Shown here piece after piece: positions 24,201 to 36,739 of a stretch of DNA of 64,000 bases (position 1 is the first letter of the stretch; every line of letters starts with the position of its first letter). The notes beneath the pieces are model-generated. The model saw only the letters and a program-made list of their open reading frames with translations, ran no database searches and had not been told where the DNA came from. This DNA is from Hemiscyllium ocellatum (Eukaryota): positions 13,267,259-13,331,258 of the forward strand of contig NC_083409.1 of NCBI RefSeq assembly GCF_020745735.1, given 5' to 3'. A program made the position numbers and the translations under genes.

Positions 24201-27200
24201 CAGTATTCCAAATGTGGCCAAGCCAAATTCTGATACAATTCTAACATGACCTGCCTACTCTTGTACCCCAACCGATGAAGGAAAGCATGCCATCTGCCCT
24301 CTGGACCACTCTATCAATCTGCATTACCACCTTCAGGGTACAATGGACCCGAACATCCAGATCTCTCTGTGCATCAATTTTCCCCAGGGCTTTCCATTCA
24401 GCATCTAGTTTACTCCAGAATTGGATCTTCCAAAATTCATCAGATCACATTTGCCCGGATTGAACTCCATCTGTCTGTTTCTCTGCCCAACTCTCCAATC
24501 TATCTATATTCTGCTGCATTCTCTGACAGTCCCCTTCACTATCTGCTACTCCACCAATCTTAGTGTCATCTGCAAACTTGTTAATCAGACCACCTATACC
24601 TTCTTCCAGATCATTTATATATATCATATAAACAAGAGTGTTCTCAGCATGTATTCCTGTTCTCCATTTTGAGAAATTCCCTTCCACTACTACTCTCTGT
24701 CTCCTGTTGCCCAGCCTGTTCTATATCCATCTAGCTAGTACATACTGGACCCCATGCAACTTTAATTTCTCTATCAGGCTACATGGGGAATGTTATCAAA
24801 CACCTTACTGAAGTCCATGTGTATGACATCTACAGCTCTTCCCTAATCTATCAACTTTGTCACTTCTTCAAAAAATTCTATGAAGTAGGTAAGACATGAA
24901 ATTCCCTGCACAAAATCATGTTGCCTATCACTGATACATCCATTTTCTTCCAAATCAGTATCTGCTTCAGCAGCTTCCCTTCCACTGACGTCAGGCTCAC
25001 CGCTTGATAATTACCTGGATTATCTTTGCTACTCTTTTTATACAAGGGGGCAACATTAGCTATTCTCCAGTCCTCTGGGACCTCACACATGTTCAAGATT
25101 GCTACATAGATATCTCTTAAGGCCCCAGCTATCTCCTCTCTTGCTTCCCACAGTACCCGGGGATAGATTCCATCCTGACCTGGGGACCTGTCCACCTTAA
25201 TGCCTTTTAGAATACTTAACACTTTCTCCCGCCTTAAACCAACTTGACCAAGAGTAATCAAACATCTATCCCCAACTTCAATGTCCAGCTTTTCCCTCTC
25301 CTTGGTGAGTACCAAAACAAACCACTCATTTAGAATCTCTCCCATTTTCCCTAACTCCATGCTTAAATTTCCTCTGTCCTTGAGTGTGCCAACCCTTTCT
25401 CTAGTCACCCTCTTGCTCCTTATATATGAATAAAAGGCTTTGGGATTTCCTTAACCCATTTTGATAATGATATTTTGTGACCCCTTTTAGCCCTTTTAAT
25501 TCCTAATTTCAGATCGGTCCTAGTTTCCCAATATTCTTCCAAAGCTTTGCCTGTTGTCAGCCACCTAGACTTTATGGATGCATCCTTTTTCCTCTTAGCT
25601 AGTCTCACAATTTCACCTGTCATCCAGGGTTCCCTAATCTTGTCATTTCAATCCCTCATTGTCACAGGGTCATGTCTGTCCTGCATTCTAATCAACCTCT
25701 CTTACAAAGCCTCCCACATATCAAATGTGGATTTGCCCTCAAACAGCTGCTCCCAATCCACATTACCCAGCTTCTGCCGAATTTTGCTATAGTTGGCCTT
25801 CCCCCAGTTTAGCCCTCTTCCTTTCGGACCACTCTTGTCTTTGTCCATTAGCATTCTAAAAACTTATGGAATTGTGATCACTGTTCCCAAAGTAATCCCC
25901 GACTGAGATTTCAACCACCTGGCTGGGCTCATTCCCCAACACCAGGTCCAGTATGGCCCCTTCCTGAGTTGAACTATTTACATACTATGTAAAATCCTCC
26001 TGGGTGCTCCTTACAAATTTTGCTCTGTCTAAACCTATAACTTTAAATGAATCCCTGTCAATGTTGAGAAAATTAAAATCTCCCATCGCCACCACCCTGT
26101 TGCTCCTACATCTTCTGTAATCTGTTTACATATTTGACCGCTATCTCGTGCTGGCTGTTGGGAGGACTATAGTACAGCCCCAGCATTGTTACTGTACCCT
26201 TCCTGTTTCTGAGGTCTGCCCAAATTGCCCCTCTGCTCAAGTCCTCCATCGTGCCTTCCTTCAGCACAGCTGTGATGTCCTCTCTGACCAGTAATGCTAC
26301 TCCTCTACCCCTTTTACCTCCGTCTTGAACCCATCAGATACATCTGTATCCTGGGATATTTAGTTGCCAATCTTGCCTTTCCCTCAACCAAGTCTCAATA
26401 ATAGCAATAACATCATACTACCAGGTACAAATCCAAGCCCTAAATTCCTCTGCCTTACCTACTACACTTTTTGCATTAAAACAAATGCATCTCAGACCAC
26501 CTGTCCCTTTGTGTTCATCATCTACCTATTCTTACCCTTAGTCACGCCCATTTCATTACTTAGTTCCTTACAGGTTTTAGTTACTACCTCCTTACTGTCC
26601 ACTAACCTCCTCATTTGGTTCCCATCACTCAGCTACATTATTTTGAACCGTCCCCAAGAACGTGAGCAAAAGTAGCCTGGAGGACATTGGTTCCAGTCCT
26701 GCCCAGGTGCAGGCATTCTTGATTTGTAATAGTCCCACCTCCCCCAGAACCAATCCCAATGTCGCAAAAATCTGAACCCCCCCCCCCCCCCCTCACTGCG
26801 CCATATCTCAAGCCACTCATTCATCCTGCCTATTCTTCCATGTCTATTCTGACTAATACGCGGCACTGGTTGCAATCCTGAGATTACTACCTCTGAGGTC
26901 CTTATTTTTAATGTGGTTCCTAACTCCCTAAATTCTGCATGTTGGACCTCATCCCGTTTATTATGTATATCATTGCGGCCTACATGCACCATCACAGCTA
27001 TCTGTTCACCCTCCCCCTTCAGAGCTATTCGGAAGTCTCGTTTTTGACCACAGAACCACCTATCTATTCCCCTTACAAAGTCCAAATAAACCACATCCGC
27101 TGGCTCCCCCTTGTCAAATCCATTCACTACATCCTCAAACAAGTCCAGTCGATTTGTTAAGCATGATTTTTCTTTTGACAATCCATGCTGACTCTGCCCA

Positions 27201-29740
27201 ATTCTGTCACTGTTTTCTCAGTGCGAAGCTATAAAATATTTTATAATGAATTCGAGCTTTTTCTCCACTGCTGATGTCTGACTAATTGGTCTAACATTCC
27301 CTAAAGTTAATGCTCAATGTTTCCCTTCATGGGAAAGTAAGGGCAATGCAGAAAACCACTGAGTGACCACTAGGACACGATCCAGGATACAGGAGGATCA
27401 GAAAGCTGAATTGTAAATATTTCAATGTAAGGAGCTTGACCAGTAATGTGGTTGAACTGAGAACATTGAACGGCACTTGGGAATACAGAGTCAGCGAGAC
27501 ATAGAGATGTACAACGTGGAAACAAACCCTTTGGTCCAACCTGTCCATGCCGACCAGATGTCCCAACCCAATCTAGTCCCACCTGCCAGCACCCGGCCCA
27601 CATCCCCCCAAACCATTTTTATTCATGTGTGCATCCAAATGCCTTTTAAATGTTGCAATTGTACCAGCCTCCACCACTTCCTCTGGCAGCTCATTCCATA
27701 CACATACCACCCTCTGCGTGAAAAAGTTGCCCCTTGCGTCTCTTTTATATCATTCCCCTCTCACCCTAAACCTATGCCCTCTAGTTCTGGACTCCCCAAC
27801 CCCAGGGAAAAGACTTTGACTATTTATCCTATCCATGCTCCTCATAATTTTGTAAACCTCTATAAGGTCACCCTCAGCCTCTGCCGCTCCAGGGAAAACA
27901 GCCCCAGCCTGTTCAGCCTCTCACTTTAGCTCAAATCCTCCAACCCTGGCAACATCCTAATAAATCTTTTTTGAACACTTTCAAGTTTCACAACATCTTT
28001 TCGATAGGAAGGAGACCAGAATATTTCAACAGTGGCCTCACCAATGTCGTATACAGCCACAACATGACCTCCTAACTCCTCTATTCGATACTCTGACCAA
28101 TAAAGGAAAGCATAGCAAACACCTTCTTCACTATCCTATCTACCTGTGACTCCACTTTCAAGGAGCTATGAACCTGCACTCTAAGGTCTCTTTGTTCAGC
28201 AACACTCTCTAGGACCTTATCATTAAGTGTATAAGTCCTGCTAAGGTTTGCTTTCCCAAAATGTATCACCTCGCATTTATCTGAATTAAACTCCATCTGC
28301 CACTTCTCAGCCCATTGGCCCATCTGATCAAGATCCCGTTGTAATCTGAGGTAACCTTCTTTGCTTAAAAGAAATCCCTGAAGAAGGGCTTATGCCCGAA
28401 ACGTCGATTCTCCTGCTCCTTTGATGCTGCCTGACCTGCTGCGCTTTTCCAGCAACACATTTTCAGCTCTGATCTCCAGCAACTTCAGTCCTCACTTTCT
28501 CCGAACCTTCTTTGCTGTCCACTCCACCTCCAATTTTGGTGTCATCTGCAAACTTACTAACCATACCTCTTATGCTATTTCATATGCTGTTGCATTGTCT
28601 TTTTGGAATATCATATTGTTGCAATTGCTGAGACAAGATTGAACAAAGATAGGACTGGCCACTCAACATTCCAGGGTAGACAAGTCTGAGGTGGGATAGA
28701 CAGGGCGCAAGAGAGGTGGGTGTGTTGCATTATTGATAAAAGAAACCATGACTGCAGTATTGCTACTGAAGGAGCATTTCTTGGAAGGGTCTTCAAATGA
28801 CGCCGTCTGGGTAGAGCTAGACAAAAGGACAATCACTTTGCTGGGATTATACTACAGCCTCCCCAATAGTCAGATGGAGAGAGAGGAGCAGATATGTCGG
28901 CAAAGCAATGAGAGGCTTGAGAGGAATAGGGCTATATTAGCAAGGAATTTCAACTTCTCTAACATAAACTTTATGTTTGACTTCATGTGAATGGAATTTT
29001 TAAAGTCCATCCAGGAGAGCTTTTGGTGCCAGTACGTAGATAGTCCCACTAGACATGGGCAGTGCTGAGCTCAATCCGAGTAATGTCAAATTGTTGAAGA
29101 GTCAATGGGTGAGCATTTTGGAGATAGGGAACATAACTCCGTACGTTTCCTAACTATTATGGAAAGGAATAAGGGTAGTGCAGAAGTTAAATGTCTAAAG
29201 TGAGGCAAGGCCAATTTCAATTTCATTAGACAGGATCTGGCAAATATAGACTGGGATCAGTTACTTGGAGGTCAGTCTACATTTGGAAAATGGGGATCTT
29301 TTTAATGTAGTTCAGCGCCAGCTCAGAAAGAAAGGCAAGGACAGCAGCTCCTGGGATCCTGGATGTCAAAGGACATGGATAGTTTGTGAAAGAAAAAGGA
29401 ATAAGCACATACCAAGTACAGAGCATCAAAAAGAGGGGAGGCCCTTCAAGAGAAGCGAAAGTGTGGGGAGGTACTTAAAAAATAGGAGGACAAAGAGGGG
29501 CCATAAAATATCTTTGGCAGCCTGATCCCCTCACCCCAGAATACTTAGGAAAGTGGTATTAGAAAGAATAGATGCACTCGTCGTCATCTTTCAGAAATCT
29601 AGACTCAGGAGCAGTTCCTATGGACTGGAAAGTGGCTAAAATAACCCCACTATTTTAAGAAGGAAGACAGATAGAACACAGTGTTTTTTGTCGACCAGTT
29701 AGCTTGGCATCAGTAGTGGGAGAAATACGGGAGTCTATTA
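21290..29740. mobile_element. Block of stacked CR1 LINEs (plus 21290-22370; several minus copies 22400-28560 including an ORF1 esterase fragment near 26630-27050; plus 28600-29740)
   Basis: CR1 motifs in many ORFs: RPQLEYCVQFRSP, DGIYPRVLWEARE, FADDTKIGG, VHVGRNDI...VISGLQPVPR. Confidence 0.85.
28366..28503 (+). mobile_element. Penelope-derived short element with minimal hammerhead ribozyme motif and 13-bp TSD
   Basis: CTGAAGA-A-GGGC-TTAT-GCCC-GAAAC-GTC at 28378-28405; AACCTTCTTTGCT at 28353-28365 and 28504-28516. Confidence 0.75.
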
Positions 29741-29749
29741 TAAAAGATA

Positions 29750-30400
29750 CGCAGCAAATGTTATTGTAACCTGTACCTTATGAACCGGCATTCTTGACAA
29801 ACCGGCAAAAGTTATATCCCTCAAATGCTGCAAAGTTTAATATATCATTCTGTCCAATTATTATACATTTATAATTTATTAACTTCAGTGTAAATATACT
29901 TGTTTTCCAATTGAATGGCCACATGAAATACCAACAGTTGATTCAATTTCGAGTCAATTTCTCCTCAAACACAGTGACCTGCCGCGATGCCTGGGTAATC
30001 AGTTGAGAGTGTGAGTGAGAAGGATATGGGGACAAAGTGGGCTATTCTAGATACAAAGCATTGCTGACCACAATCATCATCTAGTGGCCTGCTGGGTGTA
30101 GCTTGTCAGGAGCTGAACAAGAAAGAAAGAGTCATTAGGCTGAACAAGAAAGTTTGCAATTAAAGATGCCCAAGTTAAGTACATCAGTCACATACTGAGA
30201 GCAAAAGGATTTGCCTGGATTCTGGAAAGGTAAGAGCGGTGGCAGTGATGTGGTGACTGACAGATGTGAAAACAGTGTAAGGGTTTGTTGGATTCATCAA
30301 ATACGAAGTGTCAATTTCTAATTAGAGTGACAATCATGATGCTAGCCAACTATTCCCATCCCAACTGCTGGTATTATTGGACAACACAGATCTCAGACTG
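29750..30400 (+). mobile_element. Degenerate Tigger/pogo-like DNA transposon relic
   Basis: Fragments reading KKERVIRLNKKV and WIHQ...MMLA resemble CENP-B-type HTH segments; heavily decayed. Confidence 0.35.
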
Positions 30401-31159
30401 AAACACAAACAAACTGCTGAAGAAATGCAGTTGGTCTGCAGCATCTGTAGAGCATAAGTACGCAATGCTGATGATTTAGATTGAATAATAAGACCTCAGT
30501 GTACAAAAGAAATGATGATAAAATAAAACATACTGACAGAAAACACAATTGCAAAAGATTTCAAAACAAGGCAAAATAAAATCCTTTCTATTCAAACATT
30601 ATAGCTTTATTGTATTGAAATAACAGTGAGAAGGCGTTCATTTCTCTAACGTGTCTTTAGGTTTAACTTAACTGTAGTTTTCATTTCATTGTCTTGAAAG
30701 TTTAATTGCCTTTTCCTTGATGAATACTTCGCTGGCCACAGGTGAAGTGCCAGACTGGAGGATTGTCAATGTGGTTCCTTTGTTCAAGAAGGGCAGCAGG
30801 GATAGGCCAGGCAATTCCAGACCAGTTAGTCTGATGTCAGTGTGAGGGAAATTATTAGAAAAAATCCTGAAGTACAGGATTAAGCAATACTTGGAGAGGT
30901 AGGGATGCCAGTATTGATTTGTTTGACAAAGGCCCCACATGGAAGGCTGGTCCAGATGGTCAGAGCCCATGGGATCCAAGGCAAGTTGACAAGTTGGTGA
31001 AGGGTTGTCTTCGTAATTGGAAGCCTGTGACCAGTGGTGTATGACAGGAATTGGGGCTGCGACCCTTTCTGTTTGTAATGTACCTTAATGAATTGACTGT
31101 GATTGTATAATTAGAAAGTTTTCAGATGCCACGTAAATTGGTGGTGTTGTTGATATTGA

Positions 31160-31905
31160 TTTTATTTTATTTTAGTGTTACATGGACTCAAGTACAAAAG
31201 TATTGGAGTACAGTGAAAAGTATGTGATGTCACCTTGGAAGGAGCCATCTTAGGTACAAGGACCGAGATACAGAATCTTAAGAACAAGGTATAAAGAAAG
31301 AATAAATTTAAAAGTTACACGTTACAGACTTTTTGACCTTTTTAGTTTTAAGAATAAAATAAAGAAATAAATCTGGAAGTTCAATCATTACAGTCTTTCT
31401 TAAGTGCTTAGCTACCGTGGGATCATACTTTGAATCATTCACTTCGAGACCGGAAGGCAAGCTGAGGCTGTGCTGGGCTGAAAGACCACTATATACAGCA
31501 AAAGACCACACTGTGGGCCGAGAGACAACCACGTTGGTCCATTGAGAGATCGCCATGCTAGGCCGAGAGTTCGTCACGCTGGAGTGACAGTCGAGCATTC
31601 TGAGCCGAGAGGCCTCCACATTAAACTGAGAGCCCAACACGTCAGACCGAGAGTCTGCCTCACCGAGCTGGGAGGTCTCTCTGCCAGGTTAGGACTCTGC
31701 CACACCAAGTCAAGAGGCCGCAACACTGGGGCTGCACTGGTCAGAGGCCTGGCGAGTGAGGCTGGAAGTCCGTGGCTGGGAGAGAAAAGAAGGGAGAACG
31801 ACAAAAGAAAAACACAAAAGAAAATAAAAACCAGTGGAAGAAAAAGCAGAAAAGGAAACAGACGGAGCAGATGAACTTGGTCTGAAGAGTCCTACTCTGC
31901 TGCCA
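31160..31905 (-). mobile_element. Short L1/Tx1-like non-autonomous element
   Basis: Minus strand starts CAAGATGGCAGC (YY1-like), has a GC-rich body and ends in an A-rich tail; no ORF2. Confidence 0.4.
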
Positions 31906-31909
31906 TCTT

Positions 31910-33510
31910 GGATTACTGGGTCTCAGGCTACAGTCTGATATTGATCAGCTGGTAACTGGGCAGAACAATGGCAGATGGAATTTAATCCTGACAAGTGTAA
32001 GGTGATCCAGTTTGGGAGGTCTAATAAGGGAAGGATATACACAATGAAAGGCATGTGCCTTGAGTGTCCTTATGCATGAATCACAGAGGGTTGGTCTACA
32101 GGTACAACAAGCAATTAGGAAGGCAAATGGAATTTTGTCCTTCATTGCTAAAGGGATTGAGTTTAAAAAGCAGAGAGGTTATGTTGCAGCTGTACAGGTG
32201 CTGGTGAGGCCACACCTGGAGTACTTTGTGCAGTTTTGGTCTCCTTACTTGAGAAAGGATGTACTGGCACTAGAAGGGGTGCAGAGAAGGTTGATTCCAG
32301 AGTTGAGGGTGTTGGCTTATGAGGAGAGACTGAGTAGACTGGCATATATTCATTGGAACTTAGAAGAATGAGGGGGGATCTTATAGGAACATATAACATT
32401 ATGAAGAGAATAGATAAGACTGAAGTAGAGAGAATATTTCCACTGGCAGGTGAAACTTGGACAAGAGGGCATCGCCTCAAAATTAAGGGGAGCAGATTTA
32501 GGATTGAATTGAGAAGGAACTTCTTCACCCTGAGGGTCAAAATCTATGAAATTTCTTGTCCTATGAAGTAGTTGATGTTTCTTCAGTAAATATTTTTAGA
32601 GCTCAGATTTTTTTTTGAAAAATAAAGGAATTAAGAGATAAGATGAGAGTGCAGGTATGTGGAGTTGAGTCCAGGAAAAGATCAGCCATGATCTTATTGC
32701 ACAGTGGAGCAGGCTCGAAGAGCCAGATGGCCAACTCCTGCTCCTAGCTCTTATGTTCTCATGTTCTTGGGAGTAGTGAGGAACAAAGGGACCTTGGTGT
32801 ACAAGTTCAGCGATTCCAGAAGGTATCAGCACAGCTAGACAGGGTGGTGAAGAAGGCATATGGGATGCTTGCCATCATTAGCCGGTGTGCAGAATATCGG
32901 AGTAAGGAAGTCTCATTGTTAATTTACAGAGCATTGGTTAGGCCATATCTGGAACACTGTGTACATATCACTGTTGGACAAACATGATTGGACTGGAGAG
33001 GGTGGAGAGTAGATTCACCAGGATGTTGCTTGGGATGGAAAGTGTTAGTTATGAGGAGAGAGACTTGATCAACTGAGTTTGTTTCCTGTGGAGCAGAGGA
33101 AGCATGGGGGGGTGGGTGGGGGTGGGGGCGTGGTGGAAGGGGTTGGTGAATCTGATTCTGAGAGACATAAACAAAGTCAATTGTGATCATCTTTTCCCCA
33201 TGGCAGACATGTCTATGACCGGAGGAAATAAGCTTAATGTGATGAAAAGGTGGTTGAGAGGGAATTGAGGATTTTTTTTACCCCAGAGGGTGTAGAAATA
33301 TGGAATGTGCTGCTTGAGAAGGTGATGGAGGCAGCTCCTCTCACAACATTTAAGACACATCCAGATGAGCACATAAAATGCCAGGGCATGGAATGCTATG
33401 GACCAAGTGCAGGTAAATGGGATTAGTGCAGTTTGGTGTTTACTGATCAGCACTAACATGGTGGGCAGAAAGGCCTGTTTGTTTGCTTTATGACTCTATG
33501 ACTATGAAGA
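31910..33510 (+). mobile_element. CR1 RT/3' fragments
   Basis: VRPHLEYFVQFWSPYLRKD; ends in (CTATGA)n. Confidence 0.8.
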
Positions 33511-33519
33511 GAAGGAGGT

Positions 33520-34950
33520 GGAGACATTTTTCATGCCTTTTGAGAAGATATTTAAACAAGTGAGGCGAGGAAAAACAATGGAGTTTGCCCATGCAAAATG
33601 AACTTGGGAAGCACAAGAAGTTTCTATACCCCTGCCAGAGGAACATTCTCAGGATCACAAGGAAGTGAAAAGGTGAAAAGCACATATGCATTGATCCCAG
33701 AAACATACAGACAGATGTTTCAGAACTTACAGAAACAGCCTCCACAAACTTCTACTGAGTTTGAGAGAATTCAGCAAAATAATGTTGACAGGTGGATAAG
33801 AGCATTAAAGGCTGAGAATACTTACAATGCTGTCGGAGAAATTATTCTCTGAGAAGGATTTAAAACTTCCTTCCCTTCTAGAATCAGAATTCATGTAAAA
33901 GCCTGAAGGGGAAGAACAGCATGACAAGCAGCTAGAATGGCTAATGATTATAGTCTTCATTAAAGCCAAAACCTTGCAGATGCTGGAATCCAAAGTCGAC
34001 AAACAGGAGGCTGGAAGAGCACAACAAGCCAAGCAGCATCAGGAGGTGGAGAAGTCACCTGATGGGAGACCGATCCAGAAACCTTATTCCCATCAGGCCC
34101 AGAAATGGGAGAAAAATAAAAATTGGGAGTGTGTGTGGAAGGCAGGTAGACAGGGGAGAGAATGGACAGGAGGGACCTGCCCGAGAACTACTCTTCAGAT
34201 TAAGAAAGAAATTGCTGAGGCTGGAAGCGATGATCAGAAGTTGAAACGATTCTCTTGGAATAAGGTGGGCCATGTGCGTATGGAATGTTGGAAGCTGTGA
34301 GGTAAGACCCAGGAGATTTATGGGAGTTAGTAAAAATGAGTCAGAGGAGGGAATGCAAACAGATAATCCCACGGAGCAGGTTGTAGCTGTAACTATAACA
34401 AAAAGGCTGGAGGTGAATTCTGTCATCAGTAAAGGAAGTTGTAAAATAGATGAGAGGTGGACAGGATTTTTATCAAAAGGAATGGTGACTCCTTTTTCTT
34501 CAGCTAAACCCAGAATCAAACTGAGAGATACAGGGGCAATACAATCACTTTTACTGGAGAAAGAATCGATTTTCCCTCCAGAGAGCTCAATGGATTCTAA
34601 GGTGTTCATCAAAATGTACAACTGGAATGTGATTTGTTATCAGGAGAAGTAATTGTCGGAGTGGGGAAAATATTCCCTGTTGAGGGAGTTGATTTTCTTC
34701 TGGGGAATATTTTGTCAGGATTAAAGGCAGTATCTTCCCCAATGATTGCAGAATGTCCAAAGGAGGGCCAAGAAACAGAACAATGACAGGAACAGGTTCC
34801 TGGTCTCTCTCCTTCGTGTGAGGTAACCAGAGCAATGGTTAAACAAAATCCATCAATAAGGGTTGATGTGACATCACAGCAAGTGAAAGGATCGCTGAAA
34901 CTTTCCAAAAGGGTGAAGATAATCCAGGTGGAGTGGTTGGTATGATGTCC
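33520..34950 (+). mobile_element. Gypsy (Gmr1-like) LTR retrotransposon gag-protease relic
   Basis: YALIPETYRQMFQNL...FERIQQNNVDRWIRALK (gag), NKVGHVRMECWKL (decayed CCHC knuckle), LRDTGAIQSLL (aspartic protease motif). Confidence 0.75.
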
Positions 34951-35109
34951 CTAATTACAGCAGATCCAAAAAGCAGATCTCGAATGAAATAAATGAGCAC
35001 TGTCAGTTCATACTGAGGTCGAGGCTGGAGAGGTTTCAGAATGCTATTATCTTCAGAATGGAGCACTGATGAGGAAGTGGAGACCGCCCCCCCCACCACC
35101 GTCCCTCCA

Positions 35110-36640
35110 TGGACCCCCAGATGAAGAATGGTTGGTTAGATATTGGCTCGTGGTACCATCCAGCTATCACAGGGAGATATTGTGAGGAGCACATCAGATT
35201 TCCATGACAGGACCGTGGGGATTTGGAAATTGTCCAATTGTCCACAGGCATCCAGAATCAGGTGTTTTATTGAGCCAAAATTATATAAAGATGTGGCACA
35301 GTTTTATAAATGTAACATACTTGAACTCATTTTTACCAATCTGCCAGCTGCAGATGCTTCTGTCCACGAAAGTACCAGTAAGGGTGACCACCGCACAGTC
35401 CTTGTGAAGACCAACACCCGCCTTCATTGAGAATAGCCTCCATCGTGTTGTGTGGCACTTTCACGAGACTAACTGGGACAGACTTACAACCAACCTCACA
35501 ACTCATGACTGGGCATCCATGAAGTACTGTGGGCCATCAACAGCAGCAGAATTGTGCTCCAGCCCCGACACGACCATTATCATCAAACCAGGGAATCAAC
35601 ACTGGTTCAATGGAGAATTCAGGAGGGCGTACCAGGAGCAGCACCAGTCATTCATCAAGATGAGGTATTCCTGCATTCCTGATGAAGGGTTTTTGCCCGA
35701 AAGGTCGATTTTACTGCTCCTCGAATGCTGCCTGAACTGCTGTGCTTTTCCAGCACCACTCTAATCTAGACTCTGGTTTCCAGCATCTGCAGTCATTGTT
35801 TTTACCAAGATGAGGTATTTACCTGGTGAAACCACCAAACAGGACTACTTGCATGGCAAGCAGCACAAGCAGCAATTGACAGACAGTATTAGACAACACA
35901 CAACCAATGGATCAGGTCTAAGCTCTGCAGCCCTGTCACATCCAGTCATGAGTACTGGTAGACGATTAAACATCTCACTGGATGAGCGGGCTCCACAAAT
36001 ATCCCCACCCTCAATGATGGAAGAGTCCAACACATCAGGGCAAAAGATAAGGCTGAAGCTTTTGCAGAAATCCTCAGCCAGAAGTTCTGAGTGGATGATC
36101 CATCTTGGCCTCCGCCAGTGGTCCTCAGCATTAAAGATAACCATCTTCAGTCAATTTGATTCACTCCACGTGTTATCAAGAAATGGGTGGAGGCACTGGG
36201 TACTGCAAAGGCTTTGGACCCTAACAACATTCTGGTTATAATACTGAAGACTTGTGCTCCAGAACTTGTCACTTCCCTAGCCAAGCTGTTCCAGGAAAGC
36301 TATAACACTAGCATCTGCCCAACAATGTGGAAAATTACCCAACTATGTCCTGTACATAAAAAGCAGGTCAAATCCAAGCCAGCCAATTACCGCCCCACCA
36401 GTCTCCTCTCGATCATCGGGAAAGTGATGGAATGTCATCAACAGTGCTATCAATCAGCACCTGCTCAGCAATAACCTGCTCAGTGATGCCCAGTTTGGGT
36501 TCCACCAGGGTCACTCAGCTCCTGGCTTCATTACAGATTGGTTCAAACATGGACAAAAGAGTTGAATTAGGGATGAGCAACAAATGCTGGTCTTGGGCAA
36601 CTGGGGATAAGCAACAAATCCTGGCCAACCAGTGATGCTC
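35110..36640 (+). mobile_element. Non-LTR retrotransposon ORF2 fragment, non-HER1 family
   Basis: KALDPNNILVIILKTCAPEL...NYRPTSLLSIIGKVME (36187-36474). Confidence 0.75.
35670..35805 (+). mobile_element. Penelope-derived short element with hammerhead-like core and 14-bp TSD
   Basis: CTGATGA-A-GGGT-TTTT-GCCC-GAAAG-GTC at 35679-35706; CAAGATGAGGTATT at 35656-35669 and 35806-35819. Confidence 0.75.
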
Positions 36641-36739
36641 ACATTACACAAAATGAATAATTTTTTAAAAACACTTGTCAAGTTATAGGTAAACCTCAAC
36701 ATGTGACTGAACCAGCATCCTTAATTCCTCTCCCAGTTT

